From: a virus
Lineage: Duplodnaviria > Caudoviricetes
Reading direction: 5' to 3' (one strand)
DNA: 28,708 bases
IMG/VR virus record: IMGVR_UViG_3300030372_005415
Location: 1 to 28,708 of that record
Every line of letters begins with the position of its first letter. Position 1 is the first letter of the stretch. Shown in pieces: positions 26,074-28,708 of the stretch. Both the position numbers and the translations under genes were made by a program. Under the pieces are notes generated by a model that was given only the letters and a program-made list of their open reading frames with translations, searched no databases and was not told where the DNA came from.

Positions 26074-27498
26074 TTACCTGCGCAGTTTTGAGATTTTGGG
26101 TGCACGATACTGGGTATCTATGATAGGCATTGTAGCATATCGCAGTGCGTCTATACAGTGTTTCCATTCAGACATGGTATCCATACCACCTGATGATTTT
26201 AATGCCCAGTATTTTAATGATTTAATGGTACGTTCACAACGTGGAAAAATCTGAAACCTACCTGCACACATCAGTTCATGCAACGATTGACATCCGTAGT
26301 AAACGCTGTATTTTGGTTTGTATGCTGTACGGATACTGAATGGTAATTTACCTTTTGGGTATTGCAGTACATGTGCAAATGCAGCTGTCAACATTGTATT
26401 CGACATTCGTCCACCGTTGTATTTTGAACCGCCGTGTGACCTGTCACCTGTCCACCTCTGAATGTGTGCAACGTCCAGACCGTTACGTTTTATCATCGCT
26501 ATAATAGATTTGGCATGTATCTCTGCAGATGCACCAGATGCCACATATTCGTCTACCACATACACAGACATGTTGTCTGAATCTGTCACGTCAACGGCTG
26601 TCAATATAGCAACCTGCGATGCAACGTCGTGACCGTGGTCGATGCCTATTGACCAGATATATTGTCGTTCTGGATTTGGAGTCAAGTCTGATACCAGGTC
26701 GTCGGTGAAGTTTTCAAATATACGTCCCTCCGGCATCCCACCGTCCCAGTCGCCGTTCATACGCACGTCCCTGTCCAGAGGCAAAAACGACATCCGCAGT
26801 TGTTCGATGTCTGACTCTGACATCAGAGGTCTGCAGCCTATTGGAGTACAGTTTTCTACATTCATGATACCGACATATTCTTTGACGATACCATCCTTCA
26901 CTAGCTGTTTTAACCACTCCAGAGGTGCACCGATAGGTGTCAAGGTAAACAACATCGACCCTTTTGTACGTGTTGTCCTTGCTTTGAGTTCACCAAAAAG
27001 GTCCGGGGGTGGAGGTTCATCGACCCAGATGTGATCGACTGTACCTGATGCGATGCCGAGCGTACCCTGGTTCGTTGTTTTGAATCTGACGAGACTACCA
27101 TTTTTGAATCTGACTATCGGTGCACCTGTACCTCGATACCCTTTACCTGGTACAAACTCAACATCAGGATGTAATTCGTGTTTTGGCACTAGGTCGTGAA
27201 ATTTACCCATAATAGTGCGTGACTGTTCCCAGCTGTGACAAATCACCCAGACCTCGACAGGTGGAGGTGTCACAGATTTGTATTTATGTATACCGATGCA
27301 CCTGCATATGGTATCGTATGCACCGCATACCGTTTTGCCGATTTGGTTGCCGGCTCTGAATAACACCATCGAATGCGTATCTGACAGGACCTGTTTCTGA
27401 ATCTCGGTCGGTCTCCAATACTTCATCGGATTTTGTTCTGCATCTGCAGACAGTGCACCTGCAGTACGTGCTATCGTTGCCAGTTTTGACAAATCCAT
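26074..27498 (-). CDS. terL: terminase large subunit
   Basis: Walker A AGNQIGKT, Walker B IWVDEPP, LFTLTP, nuclease IGIDHG and HCIDALRY. Confidence 0.92.
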   Translation of the reverse strand: MDLSKLATIARTAGALSADAEQNPMKYWRPTEIQKQVLSDTHSMVLFRAGNQIGKTVCGAYDTICRCIGIHKYKSVTPPPVEVWVICHSWEQSRTIMGKFHDLVPKHELHPDVEFVPGKGYRGTGAPIVRFKNGSLVRFKTTNQGTLGIASGTVDHIWVDEPPPPDLFGELKARTTRTKGSMLFTLTPIGAPLEWLKQLVKDGIVKEYVGIMNVENCTPIGCRPLMSESDIEQLRMSFLPLDRDVRMNGDWDGGMPEGRIFENFTDDLVSDLTPNPERQYIWSIGIDHGHDVASQVAILTAVDVTDSDNMSVYVVDEYVASGASAEIHAKSIIAMIKRNGLDVAHIQRWTGDRSHGGSKYNGGRMSNTMLTAAFAHVLQYPKGKLPFSIRTAYKPKYSVYYGCQSLHELMCAGRFQIFPRCERTIKSLKYWALKSSGGMDTMSEWKHCIDALRYATMPIIDTQYRAPKISKLRR

Positions 27499-28124
27499 CA
27501 GAACAACCTCATTTGTCTTTGATGTTCATTCAGTCGTGCCTGTGCAGCTGCAAAATACTCTGCATCAATCTCGTATGCATCCAGACTGTGACCGGTGTTA
27601 TGACAGGCGACTGCAATACTACCACTGCCGAGGTGCGTGTCAAGTATTTTATCACCAGGTTTTGCATATTTGTCTAGTATCCATTCATAAAGATCGATCG
27701 GTTTTTGAGTCGGATGTATACGTTTAATACCTGCATTGTAATCCTGTATATGATTGTATGTAAACATTCGTACACTGCTAGTAAATGATGTCCAGGCAAG
27801 TTCACAATCTGATAACGGATTGTTACCGTTTTTTTTATTCCATACTAACATGCATCGAGTATTGTACAGATAGTCTAAAAAATAGTTACCTCCCCAAATT
27901 ATTTGATTTACTGATACTCTTTGCAGCTGTTCGAAGTATTCACTTGATGGAATTTTGTTATCCCAGTCTTTTTCAGTATGTATGTCACGTGCATATTTAC
28001 CGAAGGATATACCCCTTGCCTGTTGTATCCCATACGGAGGGTCGACGATAGCAAGGTCGTACTGATTGTCAGACATCTGACGGAGTGCCTGCATACAGTC
28101 TGTATTGTACAGATTTATCATCAT
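27498..28124 (-). CDS. beta-class amino (N6-A/N4-C) DNA methyltransferase
   Basis: DPPY motif IV precedes HPTQKP and ILDTHLGSGS motif I. Confidence 0.9.
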   Translation of the reverse strand: MMINLYNTDCMQALRQMSDNQYDLAIVDPPYGIQQARGISFGKYARDIHTEKDWDNKIPSSEYFEQLQRVSVNQIIWGGNYFLDYLYNTRCMLVWNKKNGNNPLSDCELAWTSFTSSVRMFTYNHIQDYNAGIKRIHPTQKPIDLYEWILDKYAKPGDKILDTHLGSGSIAVACHNTGHSLDAYEIDAEYFAAAQARLNEHQRQMRLF

Positions 28125-28651
28125 TCACCGCCGGCAGGGAAGTGAATAACATCGGTATAGTCTCCATCTAACATCTGAACGAGTCTGTCTTTTAATACCG
28201 GGGGTAGTCCCTTCACTGCCATCGCTATCGTTGCCAGTAGTTCATCAGGATTTGTTACACCATTCAAGTCCTCTGCATCACGTCGCATCTGGGTCCACTC
28301 GTCATGAATGGTGACGTGCAGTCGATGAAACTGTGGCAGTGCATGTAACGACCCTCGTTCACGTGTACTGTTGATGTCTCGTGCAATCTCTGCAAGTTTT
28401 GCCTGTCTGAACTCTAACGGGTCAACGATGACATCTGAATGAATGACGGTCGACTGGTCTGCAGCTGCATCGGAGTCTGGTCGACCCTCGAGTTTTTTGT
28501 TTTGTCCGGTGATGATACGACTGATTGTACTTTTATGTACACCATATTTATCTGCAAGTGATTTGTAAGTGTGTTCACCTTCAGAGTACAACCGTTTTAT
28601 CTGCAGTCGTTCATCCTCTGACAACGTGCCTCTGTTCTTATTCTGTGCCAT
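28121..28651 (-). CDS. probable terminase small subunit with N-terminal HTH
   Basis: YKSLADKYGVHKSTISRI HTH followed by helical regions; first gene of the packaging operon. Confidence 0.65.
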   Translation of the reverse strand: MAQNKNRGTLSEDERLQIKRLYSEGEHTYKSLADKYGVHKSTISRIITGQNKKLEGRPDSDAAADQSTVIHSDVIVDPLEFRQAKLAEIARDINSTRERGSLHALPQFHRLHVTIHDEWTQMRRDAEDLNGVTNPDELLATIAMAVKGLPPVLKDRLVQMLDGDYTDVIHFPAGGE

Positions 28652-28700
28652 ACCTTACTCTGTTGCAGTTTTGTTTTGTACAGAGCAAAAAAATGTCGTG

Positions 28701-28708
28701 GTCGCTAG
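28701..28708. repeat. 8-nt terminal direct repeat GTCGCTAG (right copy)
   Basis: Identical to 1-8; about 50 nt upstream of terS. Confidence 0.75.

Noticed and set aside
85-28051. Numerous + strand ORFs in the track (e.g. 85-525, 14539-15153, 26642-27034)
   Set aside because: Antisense shadows of well-supported minus-strand genes with no recognisable motifs; only 7808-8341 and 21874-22191 were kept.
1-28708. Alternative genetic code (stop-codon reassignment)
   Set aside because: Hallmark genes are full length and tightly packed under the standard code, with TAA, TAG and TGA all used as stops.

Overview
This window looks like a complete or near-complete ~28.7 kb tailed (sipho-like) phage genome. 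Almost all genes are on the minus strand, and the same 8 nt (GTCGCTAG) sits at both ends, just upstream of terS. Reading from the right end: terS, a DNA methyltransferase, terL, portal, scaffold, two accessory head genes, an inverted small gene, major capsid, head-tail connectors, major tail, a tail chaperone with a -1 slippery site, tape measure, tail tip proteins, an amidase/holin lysis cassette, an inverted DEDDh exonuclease, XRE-HTH regulators, a ~580 bp non-coding origin-like region, an AEP-primase/VirE helicase, a PD-(D/E)XK nuclease, small basic proteins and a RusA-like resolvase. I recognised no integrase, DNA polymerase, tRNA or CRISPR array. The most striking element is the non-coding block at 5390-5965. 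It holds a GTGACA iteron array with nested inverted repeats, directly beside a dense array of 12 DnaA boxes (7 perfect, mostly at a 12-bp period) with an IHF-like site. Next to it is a leaderless, very acidic small protein. The genome also shows strong oligonucleotide bias (TGCA and GTCGAC rich, GATC almost absent). All calls come from reading motifs by eye; no database searches were run.
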